Source: Anaeromyxobacteraceae bacterium
GTDB lineage: Bacteria > Myxococcota > Myxococcia > Myxococcales > Anaeromyxobacteraceae
Length of the DNA stretch: 64,000 bases
Assembly (NCBI GenBank): GCA_047602405.1
Contig: JASGHJ010000001.1
Location: 2,048,001 to 2,112,000, forward strand
Direction: 5' to 3'
Made by a program: the position numbers and the translations under genes. The notes beneath the pieces are model-generated. The model was given only the letters and a program-made list of their open reading frames with translations, did not search any database and was not told where the DNA came from. Shown piece after piece: positions 19,315 through 29,706 of this stretch. The first letter of the stretch is position 1, and each line of letters starts with the position of its first letter.

Positions 19315-20195
19315 ATGCTCGAACGGCGCGCCACCCTCGCGGCCCTCGCCCTCGCTGCCCTCGGACTGACCGCCGCCGCCCGGTACCAGCTCGAGGATCT
19401 CGGCGTCCCGGCGGGACGCGGTGCGCGATCCCGCCTGGCTCCCCTCCGGGAAGCTCCTGCGCGCGGTCTCGTTCGGTCAGCGGCTCCTCCTCGCCGACGT
19501 GTACTGGCTCGAGACGGTGCAGTACGTCGGCGAGACGGTGCTGGCGAAGGCCGTGCGCTGGGACGCGCTCTACCCGCTCGGCGAGATCGTCACCGACCTC
19601 GACCCGCGCTTCGGCTACGCGTACCAGATCACCGGGTCCAACCTGGCCGGGCTCGCGCACAGGTACCCGGAGGCGGAGCGCATCCTCAAGAAGGGCATGC
19701 GCAACCTGCCCGACCGCTGGTCGCTCTACTTCGCGCACGCCACGAACAAGTTCCTCTACGAGCAGGACTACGCCGAGGCCGCGAAGTACGCGCGGCTCGC
19801 CGCGCAGATCGGCAAGAAGCCCCACCTCGCGCTCCTCGCCGCCAACCTCTCGGCCCTCGTCGACAGCGACGCGGAGTACGGCGCGGCCATCGCGTTCCTC
19901 GACGAGAGCCTCGCCGCCACCGACACGGCGGAGCTCCGCGACGAGCTCGTCGCCCGCAGGACACGCATCCAGACGTTCCAGGCGCTCTCCCGGCTCGAGC
20001 GGGCGATCGCCGGGTTCCGGGCGCGCACGGGGCGGGTGCCCTGGACCCTCGACGAGCTCGTGCCGATCGAGCTCCCGGAGCTCCCTGGCGACCCCTCGGG
20101 CGGCGAGCTCCAGTACGATCCGTCGACGGGCCGCGTGAAGAGGCAGCAAGCTCGGGCCGCGCGCGCCTCTGCGGATAACCGGAGGAAAGCCGTGA
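19315..20195 (+). CDS. pilG: PilG/XapA-like TPR accessory protein; apparent +1 frameshifts at ~19395 and ~20142
   Basis: N-terminal TM in the 19315 frame; LLADVYWLETVQY, IVTDLDPRFGYAY, AERILKKG in the 19421 frame; repaired end VKSSKLGPRAPLRITGGKP* (TGA 20193-20195). Confidence 0.7.
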
Positions 20196-20965
20196 TCGCC
20201 CTCACCATCGCCTCCGCCACCGTCCGCGAGGCGCTCCGTGAGCGCCTCCTCCACAACCTGCTCGTGTTCGCGGTGCTCCTCGTGGTCGCTGCGCTCACCA
20301 TCTCGCAGCTCACGCTCGGCGAGCAGTTCCGAATCATCGCCAACGTGGGCCTCTCGGCGACGCAGATCTTCGGGACGCTCATCGCGGTGTTCCTCGGGGT
20401 CGGCCTCGTGAGCCGGGAGCTCGACCGCCGCACGTGTTACCCCGTGCTGGCGCGCCCCGTCTCGCGGGCGGGCTTCGTCGCGGGCAAGTACCTCGGGCTG
20501 CTCGCGACGCTCGCGCTCAACGTCGCGCTCATGTCGGTCGCCACCGCGCTCGTGCTCGCGTTCTACGAGGGCTCCCCGTCCTGGTTCGGCGCGGCGTACC
20601 TCGCCACCTTCTTCCTGACCTTCGTCCAGCTCGCGGTCTGCGCGGCGTTCGCGGTGCTCTTCTCCACCTTCTCCACCGCGACGCTCGCCTCCATCTACAC
20701 GCTCGCCATCGTCGGGGCGGGCTGGCTCTTCGGGGAGGTGCGCTGGTTCTGGCTGCAGGCTCAGCAGACCGAGATGAAGGGGCTCGTGAAGGTCCTCGAC
20801 TACGTGCTCCCCAACATGACCCTCCTCGACTCGAAGGAGGCGCTCGTGTACGGCGATCCCATCACCCTCGCCTCGGTGGCGGGCCGGGCCTCGTACGGCC
20901 TCGCCTACGCGGCCACCCTGGTGGCCTTCGCCACCCTGGTGTTCACGAAGCGGGACGTGCGCTGA
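20192..20965 (+). CDS. pilI: ABC-2 type permease PilI
   Basis: GTG 20192 after GGAGG; ATVREALRER, ELDRRTCYPVLARPVSR, GKYLG, C-terminal FTKRDVR. Confidence 0.8.
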   Translation: MIALTIASATVREALRERLLHNLLVFAVLLVVAALTISQLTLGEQFRIIANVGLSATQIFGTLIAVFLGVGLVSRELDRRTCYPVLARPVSRAGFVAGKYLGLLATLALNVALMSVATALVLAFYEGSPSWFGAAYLATFFLTFVQLAVCAAFAVLFSTFSTATLASIYTLAIVGAGWLFGEVRWFWLQAQQTEMKGLVKVLDYVLPNMTLLDSKEALVYGDPITLASVAGRASYGLAYAATLVAFATLVFTKRDVR

Positions 20966-20967
20966 CC

Positions 20968-21936
20968 ATGGACACCCTCGCGATCGAGGCCCGCGGGCTC
21001 GGCAAGGTCTACCGGCTCGGCTTCCGGGCGCGACGGTTCGTCGCCCTCGAGGGGCTCGACCTCACGGTGACGCCGGGGTCGATCTACGGCTTCGTCGGCC
21101 CGAACGGCGCCGGCAAGTCGACGACCATCAAGATCCTCGTGGGGCTCGTGCAGGCGTCCGCGGGCAACGCGTCGCTCTTCGGCAAGAGCGTGACCGACGC
21201 CGCGGCCCGCCTGCAGGTCGGCTACCTGCCCGAGAACCCGAGCTTCCACGACTTCATGCGGCCGCTCGAGGTGCTGCGCTACCTGGGCCGGCTCTCCGGG
21301 CTCTCCGGGCGCGACCTCGACCGCCGCGCCGAGGCGCTGCTCGAGCAGGTCGGCCTCGGCGACGCGCGCGACCTCACCGTGCGCAAGTTCTCGAAGGGCA
21401 TGGTGCAGCGGCTCGGGCTCGCCCAGGCGCTCATCCACGACCCCCCGCTGCTCGTGCTCGACGAGCCCATGAGCGGGCTCGACCCCATCGGCCGCAAGGA
21501 GGTGCGGGACCTCGTCCTCGAGCAGCGGCGGCGCGGCAAGACCGTCTTCTTCTCCACGCACATCCTCTCCGACGTGGAGAGCATCTGCGACCGCGTGGGG
21601 ATGCTGCTCCACGGCAAGCTCGTCCGCGAGGGCGCGCTCGCGTCCCTGCTCGACGGCTCGGTGCGGGTGGTCGAGGTCCGCTGCACGGGCCTCTCGCCGG
21701 CCGCCGCGGACGAGGTGCGCGCGGTCGCGACCGACGGCGGCCCCTCGGCCGAGGGCCACGCCTTCCTCTTCCCCTCGCTCGAGGCCGCCGACGCCGCGGT
21801 GAAGCTCGTCCTCGCGCGCGGTGGCCGCCTCGTCTCGCTGCAGCCCCACCGCGAGAGCCTCGAGGAGACCTTCGTGCGGCTCGCGACCGCCGCCGGCGCG
21901 GCGGGCGAGGGGCGGCAGCGTGATGCCGTCGGCTAG
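20968..21936 (+). CDS. pilH: ABC transporter ATP-binding protein PilH
   Basis: GPNGAGKST, FSKGMVQR, LDEPMSGLDP, STHILSD. Confidence 0.85.
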   Translation: MDTLAIEARGLGKVYRLGFRARRFVALEGLDLTVTPGSIYGFVGPNGAGKSTTIKILVGLVQASAGNASLFGKSVTDAAARLQVGYLPENPSFHDFMRPLEVLRYLGRLSGLSGRDLDRRAEALLEQVGLGDARDLTVRKFSKGMVQRLGLAQALIHDPPLLVLDEPMSGLDPIGRKEVRDLVLEQRRRGKTVFFSTHILSDVESICDRVGMLLHGKLVREGALASLLDGSVRVVEVRCTGLSPAAADEVRAVATDGGPSAEGHAFLFPSLEAADAAVKLVLARGGRLVSLQPHRESLEETFVRLATAAGAAGEGRQRDAVG

Positions 21937-24279
21937 CCGGGGGCCGCGCGACGCGCTCGTCGCCGCGGCGGTGCTCGCCGCGGCCGGGGCGCTCGTCTTC
22001 GCGCCCGCGCTCCTCGGCGACGGCCAGTTCCTCTACCGCGACGCCGGGCGAATGCACCATCCGGTGAAGCGCTGGTTCGCCGAGGAGCTGCGGCGCGGGC
22101 ACCTCGCCGAGTGGAACCCCTACCAGGGCACCGGCACCCCGCACGTGGCGGGCGCGGTGGACGCACCCCTCCACCCGTTCAACGCGACTCTTCCTCGCGC
22201 TGCCCTTCGAGGTCGCCTTCAAGGCCTGGGTGCTCCTCGCCGTGCTGGGCGCGGGGCTCGGGGCCTGGTGGTGGGCGCGCCGGCTCGGGGGAGGGCAGGC
22301 GGGCGGGGTCGCCGCGGGGCTCGCGTTCATGCTGTCGGGGTTCGTGGTCTCGTCGACCGACAACCCGACGTACCTCACGACGCTCGCGGGCGCGCCGTGG
22401 GTGCTCGCCGCCGCGCACCGCGCGGTCGCGGTCGGCGGCCCGGCCCCGCTGCTCTGGACCGGCCTCGCGTCCTTCGTGGCGCTCGCGGGCGGCGACCCGA
22501 TGGGCTGGGCGCTCGTGCTCGGGCTCGCGGCGGTCCAGGCGCTCGCGCTGGTGCGCGGGCCGGCGCCCGGCGTGCGGGCCGCGCGCGGCGCGGCCGCCCT
22601 CGGCGTCGCCGTGCTCGCCGCGGCCCCCGCGCTGCTCCCGACGCTGCTCTGGGCCCCGCACGCGTCCCGCGCGGCGGGGTTCGATGCGACCGAGCTCACC
22701 CGCTGGAACCTCCACCCCTTGCGGCTCGTCGAGCTCGCGGTGCCCGGGCTCCTGCGGTGGAAGGTCGGCGCGCTCCAGAATCCGCTCTTCGAGGCGCTGG
22801 CAGGGAACGAGCACACCCAGTTCCCCTGGGTGCTGTCGGTCTACTCCGGCGCGTCGGCGCTGGCGCTCGCCGCGCTCGGCGCGCTCCGGGACGTGCGAGC
22901 CCGCTGGCTGCTCGGGCTGGCGCTCGCCTTCGTCTGGGTGGCGCTCGGGCCGAATGCCGGCTTCGGGCAGCTCGCGGCCGCGCTGCCGGTGCTCTCGAGC
23001 TTGCGTTACTGGGAGAAGGCGGTCGTCTGGGTCGCGCTGCTCGTCGCGGTCGCGGCGGGGCTCGGGGTGGATCGCCTCCTCGCGGCCCCGCGCGAGGAGG
23101 GCGGGCGCCTCGCGCGCGTGGCCGGGGCCGGAGCCGCAACGCTCGGCGTCCTGTCCGCCGCGGCGGCGCTCGCGCCCGCCACCGTCGCCTCGCTCGTCGC
23201 GTCGGCGCGCGGCTCCACGCCGGGCCCGCTCGCCGCGGCCCTCGTGGACAACCTCGCCGGCGGCGGCGGGGCGGCGGCGCTGGCGCTCGCGCTGCTCGCC
23301 GGGGTCGCGCTGCTCGTTCGCGGCGAGAAGCTCCGCGGGCTCGCGGCCGGGGCGGTCTGCGCGGTCGTCGCCCTCGATCTGGGCGCCTCGGCCGTGACGG
23401 CTTACGTCCTCGCGCCCCCGGCGCTGCTCGAGGAGCCTTCGCCCATCGCGGCCCGGCTCGCCGCGGAGCCCGGGCTGCCGCGGGTCGTGACGCCCTTCCA
23501 GCTCTCGGGCGAGCGGTGGCGGGAGCTCTCCGAGTACGAGGCGCGGTGGCGGTGGCTCGCGCGCACCTCCGCGCCCGCGCTGCAGGTGCCGCGGCGGATC
23601 GCCAACTTCGACGCCTACACCGGGCTGCTCTCCGCGCGCGTGATCCAGAATCCGCCGCGCCGCCGGCCCGGAGCGCCTGGCGGGCCCCGCGGCACTCCTC
23701 GGGTTCGGCGCCCTGGTCGTGCCGGCCTCGCCGGAGCTCGCCGCGAAGGCAGGCCTCGCGCCGCCGTACCAGGTCCTCGCCACCGACCCGGAGCTGCCGG
23801 TCTTCCTCGTGCGCCTGCCGGCCCGGCCGCGGGTGGGGCTCGCGGGGGCGCTCGAGCGGGGGGACGAGCGGGCCGCGCTCGAGCTCGTGCTCTCTCCCGG
23901 CGCGGCGGCGAGCGGCCGCTCGGTCGTGGAGGGGCCGGTCCCGGACGGATACCGCCCGCCCGTGGGCGAGGCGCGGCTCGCGGAGGACCGGGGCGAGCGG
24001 CTGGTCGTGGAGGCCACCGCCGACGCGCCCGCGCTCGTCGTCGTGAACGACACCTTCGCCCCGGGCTGGCGCGCGCGCGTCGACGGCGCGGAGGCGCCCA
24101 TCCTCCCGGTGAACGTCGCCGCACGCGGGATTCGGATCCCCGCGGGCCGCCACCGTGTCGAGCTCGAGTACCGCACCCCGGGGCTGCGCGCCGGCGCCGC
24201 CCTCGCCGGGGTCACGCTCGCCGCGCTCGCCGCGGCCGCCCTGCTCGCGCGCCGGCGCCGCGCCACGCCGGGAGCGTGA
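21923..24279 (+). CDS. YfhO-family (GT-C-like) polytopic membrane protein; apparent +1 frameshifts at ~22187 and ~23649
   Basis: FLYRDAG..HHP, EWNPYQGTGTP, LHPFN; TM core with WNLHPLRL, SVYSG, LRYWEK; C-terminal VVNDTFAPGWRARVDG...IPAGRHRVELEYRTPG. Stop overlaps the pilD ATG (TGATG). Confidence 0.8.
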
Positions 24280-25121
24280 TGGAGCTCTTGCCCGCGCCGT
24301 TCCTCCTCGGCTGGGTCGCGCTCGTCGGCGCGATCTTCGGCTCGTTCCTGAACGTGGTGATCGCGCGGGTGCCGCTCGGCCAGTCGGTCGTGAGCCCGCG
24401 CTCGCGCTGCCCGCGCTGCGGCACGCCCATCGCCTGGTACGACAACCTGCCGGTGGTCTCGTGGGCGCTGCTCCGCGCGCGCTGCCGGTCGTGCCGGACG
24501 CCGATCTCGGTGCGCTACCCGCTCGTCGAGGCCGCGGGCGCGGCGGCCGCGGCCGGCGCGCTCCTGCGGCACGGGCCCACCGGCGCGGCGGCCTGCGAGC
24601 TCGCCCTCGTCCTCGTCCTGCTCGCGCTCGCGCTCATCGACCTCGACACCTGGCTCCTTCCGTACCCGCTGACCCTCCCGCTCATCGGCGCCGGCCTCGC
24701 CGCCTCGTGGGCGGGGCTCTCGCCCGCCGGCGGGTGGCGCCCCGCGCTGCTCGGCGCGGCCATCGGGTTCGGCGCCTTCGCGGCGGTCTCGTGGCTCGGG
24801 GCGAAGCTCGCGCGCAAGGAGGCCCTCGGCTTCGGCGACGTGTGGCTGCTCTCCGGGCTCGGCGCGTGGTTCGGGGCGCTCGCGCTCCTGCCCATCGTGA
24901 TGCTCGCGTCGATCCAGGGCTCGGGGGTCGGGATTGCGCTGATCCTCCTCGGGAGGGCGCAGAAGGGGGAGGAGGGCGGCGGGGAGGCGCAGCCCGACGG
25001 CTGGGTCCCGCCGCGGAACTCCGTGCCCTTCGGGCCGTTCCTCGTGCTCGGGGCGCTCGAGTGGCTCTACGCGGCCGACCTCCTCGCCTCCTGGGTGCCG
25101 GCCCTCGGGCTGTTCCGGTAG
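24279..25121 (+). CDS. pilD: Prepilin peptidase/N-methyltransferase PilD
   Basis: GSFLNVVIARVP, SRCPRC...WYDNLPVVSW...CRSC, IDLDTWLLP, GFGDV, VPFGPFL. Confidence 0.95.
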   Translation: MELLPAPFLLGWVALVGAIFGSFLNVVIARVPLGQSVVSPRSRCPRCGTPIAWYDNLPVVSWALLRARCRSCRTPISVRYPLVEAAGAAAAAGALLRHGPTGAAACELALVLVLLALALIDLDTWLLPYPLTLPLIGAGLAASWAGLSPAGGWRPALLGAAIGFGAFAAVSWLGAKLARKEALGFGDVWLLSGLGAWFGALALLPIVMLASIQGSGVGIALILLGRAQKGEEGGGEAQPDGWVPPRNSVPFGPFLVLGALEWLYAADLLASWVPALGLFR

Positions 25122-25133
25122 GCTCGGTCCATG

Positions 25134-27063
25134 GTGCGTCGTGGAAGCTGCACCGATCCAGCCGGTGAGAGTCCGGTCCGGGTAATCGCCGGAGAGCCCG
25201 GAAGCAGGCACCAGCTTGTCCGGGAGACCGGGCATGCCGAGCGGTGCGTCGAAAGCCTCACGTACGGAGGAAGCGAAGCGGCGGGCCGCAACAAGGTGAA
25301 CGCTTCAGCCTCGACAGATCCTCAGCCGAAAGGTGTTCGGGAGCGCCGAGCCGGTCATGCCACGGCGAAGGCGATGCACAGCGTCCTTGGTCCGGAACGG
25401 ACGCTGGGGCTCCCCGGGGTAGGGGCGGCGGCACGTCGCGAAGGATCGGTGTGGAACACGAGAGACCCTCGCCGGCAGCCCGCGTCGGGCAGAGACCGAG
25501 CGCATAAGACGGGAGTCGAAAGCGCGAGGAGCCGGAAGGGAGTCCGAGGGGCCCGTAGTACCGGTGAGGCGCGGGATAACCGCGCGGAGGGAAGGGGCCC
25601 TGCTTTGGTCGCGTCGGCACTGGGGGTAAGCGCGAGGGCATGGCCGTGAGGCCCAACACCCCCATCGACAAAGTGCGAGAACTCCAGCGCCGGCTTTACG
25701 TGGCCGCCAAGCGGAGCAGCACGCGGCGCTTTCACGCATTGTACGACCGGATCTGCAGGGGTGACGTCCTGCGGGAAGCGTGGAAGCGGGTGCGCAGCAA
25801 CGGAGGCGCGGCAGGGGTGGACGGCGAGTCCATCCGGGCCATCGAGGAGAGCGGAGTCGAGGCGTTCCTCGAAGGGATCCAGGCCGATCTCCTGGCAGGC
25901 GAATACCGCCCCCTCCCGGTGAGGCGGCGGTACATCCCGAAGGCAGACGGAAAGCAGCGGCCGCTCGGGATCCCGACGGTGCGGGATCGCGTGGCGCAGA
26001 TGGCTGCGAAGTTGGTGCTCGAGCCGATCTTCGAGGCCGACTTCCTGTCGTCGAGCTACGGGTTCCGGCCGAAGCGGAGCGCGACGCAGGCGCTGGAGGC
26101 CATCCGCGAGGCTGGCAACCAGGGTCACAACTTCGTGCTCGACGCCGACATCAAGGCGTACTTCGACAGCATCGACCAGCAGAAGCTGATGGCGATGGTG
26201 GCGGAGCGGATCTCGGACCGCAGGGTGCTGAAGCTCCTGCGGAAGTGGCTGGAGGCCGGGGTGATGGAGGAGGGCACGGTGAGAAACCCCGTGGCGGGAA
26301 CGCCACAGGGTGGAGTGATCTCGCCGCTGCTCGCCAACGTCTACCTGCACGAGCTCGACCGGATCTGGGCGCAGAGGTGCAAGCACCTCGGCGTCCTGGT
26401 GCGGTACGCCGACGACTTCGTCGTGATGTGTGGGACGGAGTCGAAGGTGAACGAGGCGAGGCGGCGCGTCGAGCTCATCATGGCGCGCCTCGGCCTGACG
26501 CTGCACCCGGAGAAGACGCGGATCGTCGATCTGAGGCGAGGAAAGGAAGGCTTCACCTTCCTCGGGTGCGTGAACCGGAAGCGGCGCAGCATCCAGCGGC
26601 GCCCCGACCGGCACTACATGCACCGCTGGCCCTCACCGAAGGCGATGACCCGCGTCCGCGAGCGCGTCCACGAGCTGACGGACGTGCGCAGGAGCGGGGC
26701 GAAGGACGTGAAGGAGGTCATCGCGTCCGTGAACCCCGTCATCCGGGGCTGGGCCAACTACTTCCGGACCGGAACAGCGGATCGGGAGTTCAACCGCGTC
26801 GACTGGTACGTGCACGAACGGATCACGCGCTGGCTCCATCGGCGCGGTGGTCAGCGGACTCGCTATCAGTACGAGGCTTGGCCCTTCGAACGTCTCTTCG
26901 AGCTTGGCCTGCACCGCTGCATGGGCCGCGTCCGCTACCCCGCGCAAGCTGCCGCGCGAAGACCATCGTTAAGCCGTGTGCGGGAAACCCGCACGCACGG
27001 TTTGAAAGGAGGCCCTGGAACCAGGCTGGCCTAACGGCCGGTACTGCGCCAGGATCGACCAAT
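25134..27063 (+). mobile_element. Group II intron (~1930 nt) inserted directly after the ATG at 25131-25133
   Basis: 5' GTGCG at 25134; domain V AAGCCGTGTGCGGGAAACCCGCACGCACGGTTT (26971-27003, AGC triad, GAAA loop); domain VI ending ...GACCAAT at 27063; encloses an RT ORF. Confidence 0.88.
25640..27034 (+). CDS. ltrA: Group II intron reverse transcriptase/maturase without an endonuclease domain
   Basis: [66 protein letters not shown]-domain [14 protein letters not shown] runs through domain V. Confidence 0.96.
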   Translation: MAVRPNTPIDKVRELQRRLYVAAKRSSTRRFHALYDRICRGDVLREAWKRVRSNGGAAGVDGESIRAIEESGVEAFLEGIQADLLAGEYRPLPVRRRYIPKADGKQRPLGIPTVRDRVAQMAAKLVLEPIFEADFLSSSYGFRPKRSATQALEAIREAGNQGHNFVLDADIKAYFDSIDQQKLMAMVAERISDRRVLKLLRKWLEAGVMEEGTVRNPVAGTPQGGVISPLLANVYLHELDRIWAQRCKHLGVLVRYADDFVVMCGTESKVNEARRRVELIMARLGLTLHPEKTRIVDLRRGKEGFTFLGCVNRKRRSIQRRPDRHYMHRWPSPKAMTRVRERVHELTDVRRSGAKDVKEVIASVNPVIRGWANYFRTGTADREFNRVDWYVHERITRWLHRRGGQRTRYQYEAWPFERLFELGLHRCMGRVRYPAQAAARRPSLSRVRETRTHGLKGGPGTRLA

Positions 27064-28150
27064 GCGCGCGGGCCGCGTCCGCCTCCTCATCCTGCTCGAC
27101 CTCGCCGCCGTGGCGCTCCTCGTGGGCGGGCTGGCGTTCGTCGTCCTGACGATCGGCACGCGCGACCTCGGCCGGGCGGCCCTCGCCGCGGCGGCCATCG
27201 CCGGCCTCGGGCTCCTCGTCTCGGCGAGCCTGCTCCAGGGCGCCGTCGTGCGGCCCCTCGAGCGGATGCTGGCGGCCGCCGAGCGGCTCGACGGGGCGCG
27301 GGCCGCCGCGGACCTGCCGGTGCTGGCGCCCGAGGGGGAGGGTGGCCTCTCGCTCACGCGCGCCGCGGTCGCCTTCGAGCGCACGAGCGACGCGCTCGCC
27401 GCCGAGCGGGCCCGCCTCGCCGCGAAGGTGGAGGAGCTCGAGGCGGCGCGGGAGTCGCTGGTGCGCACCGAGAAGCTCGCCACGGTCGGCCGGCTCGCCG
27501 CCGGCGTCGCCCACGAGATCGGCAACCCGCTCGGCGCCATCGCCGGCTACGCGGAGATCGCCCGCGGCCGGGTCGAGCGCGGGCAGGCGGCCGAGGCCGT
27601 CGACTTCCTCGACCGCATCCGGGCCGACGTGCGCCGCATCGACGCCATCGTGCGCGACCTCCTCGACTTCGCCCGGCCCGCGGAGCCCGCGCTCGGCCCG
27701 GTCGGGCTCGGCGGCGCGGTGGAGGCCGCGGTGCGCCTCGCCCGGCCGCAGCCGCGCTTCCGCGACGTCGAGGTGACGGTGCGGGTGCCCCCGGGCCTGC
27801 CGCCGGTCGTCGCCGACGCGCGCCGGCTCGAGGGCGTCGTGCTCAACCTGCTCCTCAACGCGGCCGACGCGATGGGCGGGCGGGGCCCGCTCGAGCTCGC
27901 CGCGGCGGCGGAGGGCGGCGCGGTCGTGCTCGACGTGCTCGACCGGGGCACCGGGATCGCCCCGGAGAACCTGCCGCGCGTCTTCGACCCCTTCTTCACG
28001 ACGAAGCCGCCCGGCGCGGGGACCGGCCTCGGGCTCTCCATCTGCCTGAGGGTGGTCGAGTCCTTCGGCGGGACGCTCGAGGCGGCGAACCGCGAGGGCG
28101 GCGGGGCCCGCCTCCGGGTGCGCCTGCCGGCCGCGGCCGGGCCGGTGTAA
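27062..28150 (+). CDS. pilS2: Second pil-locus sensor histidine kinase (PilS2-like); original start probably the ATG at 25131 before the intron
   Basis: Two TM segments, HAMP-like VVRPLERM, VAHEIGNPL, NLLLNA, DRGTGI, PFFTTK, GTGLGL; lies between pilD and pilM as in myxobacteria. Confidence 0.8.
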   Translation: MRAGRVRLLILLDLAAVALLVGGLAFVVLTIGTRDLGRAALAAAAIAGLGLLVSASLLQGAVVRPLERMLAAAERLDGARAAADLPVLAPEGEGGLSLTRAAVAFERTSDALAAERARLAAKVEELEAARESLVRTEKLATVGRLAAGVAHEIGNPLGAIAGYAEIARGRVERGQAAEAVDFLDRIRADVRRIDAIVRDLLDFARPAEPALGPVGLGGAVEAAVRLARPQPRFRDVEVTVRVPPGLPPVVADARRLEGVVLNLLLNAADAMGGRGPLELAAAAEGGAVVLDVLDRGTGIAPENLPRVFDPFFTTKPPGAGTGLGLSICLRVVESFGGTLEAANREGGGARLRVRLPAAAGPV

Positions 28151-28162
28151 GGTCGAGGCCCG

Positions 28163-29525
28163 GTGCTCCGGAACGTCCTCATCGTCGACGACGACGCGTC
28201 GATGCGCCACCTGCTCTCGGTGATCCTCGACGATCACGGGTACGTCGCGCGCGCGGTCGCCTCCGGCGAGGCGGCGCTCGAGGAGATCGCGGCCCGCGCC
28301 TACGACCTCGTCGTCACCGACGTGCGGATGCCCGGCATGGGCGGCCTCGCGCTGCTCCGGGCGATCCAGGACCGCGATCCCCTCATCATGGTCATCGTGA
28401 TGAGCGCGTACGGCTCGCACGAGACCGCCATCGAGGCGATGAAGGCGGGGGCGTACGACTGGCTCTCGAAGCCGTTCCGGCCGGACGAGGTGGTGCTCCT
28501 GCTCCGGAAGGCCGAGGAGCGCGAGCGGCTCGCGCGCGAGAACGTGCGGCTGCGCGGCGAGCTCGCGCGGAGCTACCGGCCCGACCAGCTCGTGGGGAGC
28601 TCCGAGGCGATGCGCGAGCTCGACCGGCAGATCGCCCGGGTCGCGCCGCAGAAGACGACCGTGCTCCTCACCGGCGACTCGGGGACGGGCAAGGAGCTCG
28701 TCGCCCGCGCGCTCCACGAGCGCTCGCCGCGCGCGGGCTGCCCGTTCGTGGCGGTGAACTGCGGCGCCATCCCCGAGGCGCTGCTCGAGTCGGAGCTTCT
28801 TCGGCCACGTGCGCGGCGCGTTCACCGACGCGGTCCGCAACAAGAAGGGGCTCGCCGCGGAGGCCGACGGCGGCACGCTCTTCCTCGACGAGATCGGCGA
28901 GCTCCCGGTGTCGCTCCAGCCGAAGCTCCTGCGCTTCCTCCAGGAGGAGGAGGTCCGCCCGGTCGGCGACACCCGCGCGCGCCGGGTGGACGTGCGGGTG
29001 GTGGCCGCGACCGCGCGGGACCTGAAGCAGGCCGTGCAGGACGGGCGCTTCCGCGAGGATCTCTACTGGCGGCTCGCGGTGGTGCCGCTGCGGATCGCGC
29101 CGCTGCGCGACCGGCCCGAGGACGTCCCGCCGCTCGCCGAGCACTTCCTCGCGCGCCTGGGGAGGCTCCGCCCGGAGCTCGGCGCGCTCTCGCTCTCCGA
29201 CGGCGCGCGGGCGCGCCTCCTCGCCCACCGCTGGCCAGGCAACGTGCGGGAGCTCGAGCACGTCCTCGAGCGCGCGGTGGTCATGGCCGAGGGGCCGGTG
29301 ATCGGCGAGGGGGACCTGCCGGACGAGCTCGCCCGGGCAGGCGAGCGGCCGGGCGCCGCGCCCCCCGCCGAGCTCTCGATCAAGCGGGCGACCCGCCAGC
29401 TGGAGGCGTCGCTCATCCGCGCCGCGCTCGAGCGCACCGGTGGAAATCGGACGAAGGCCGCGGAGCTGCTGGAGATCTCGTACGGGGCGCTGCTCTACAA
29501 GATCCGCGACTACGGGCTGTCCTGA
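28163..29525 (+). CDS. pilR2: Sigma54-dependent response regulator (PilR2-like); apparent +1 frameshift at ~28798
   Basis: Receiver domain, [23 protein letters not shown] across the shift, [19 protein letters not shown]. Confidence 0.82.
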
Positions 29526-29706
29526 GCGCGCGGTGGGTGCCAGTGCACGCTGCGATCCGGGCTCCCGGTACGCGCGGTGAAGCCGTCCGTGGACGCATAA
29601 TGACGCATCACTGGATCTCCGCGATACGTCGGTGAAAAGCACACACCGATATCGTCGCGGCCGCTTCCTTGATCGGGTACCGATCGATCGCATAGCGTGG
29701 TCCGGC

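Noticed and set aside
19421..20965. Apparent PilG-PilI fusion (514 aa)
   Set aside because: One extra G near 20142 explains it; the repaired pilG stops at a GTGA overlap, and pilI has its own GGAGG RBS.
25381..25410. Intron loop CCGGAAC complementary to exon GTTCCGG (25112-25118) as EBS2/IBS2
   Set aside because: Located at -22 to -16, further from the splice site than a typical IBS2; a 7-nt match could be chance without a full fold.
25640..27034. RT as a retron, DGR, CRISPR-associated or defence RT
   Set aside because: YADD, maturase X domain, GTGCG start and canonical domains V/VI identify a group II intron; no template/variable repeat pair or cas genes seen.
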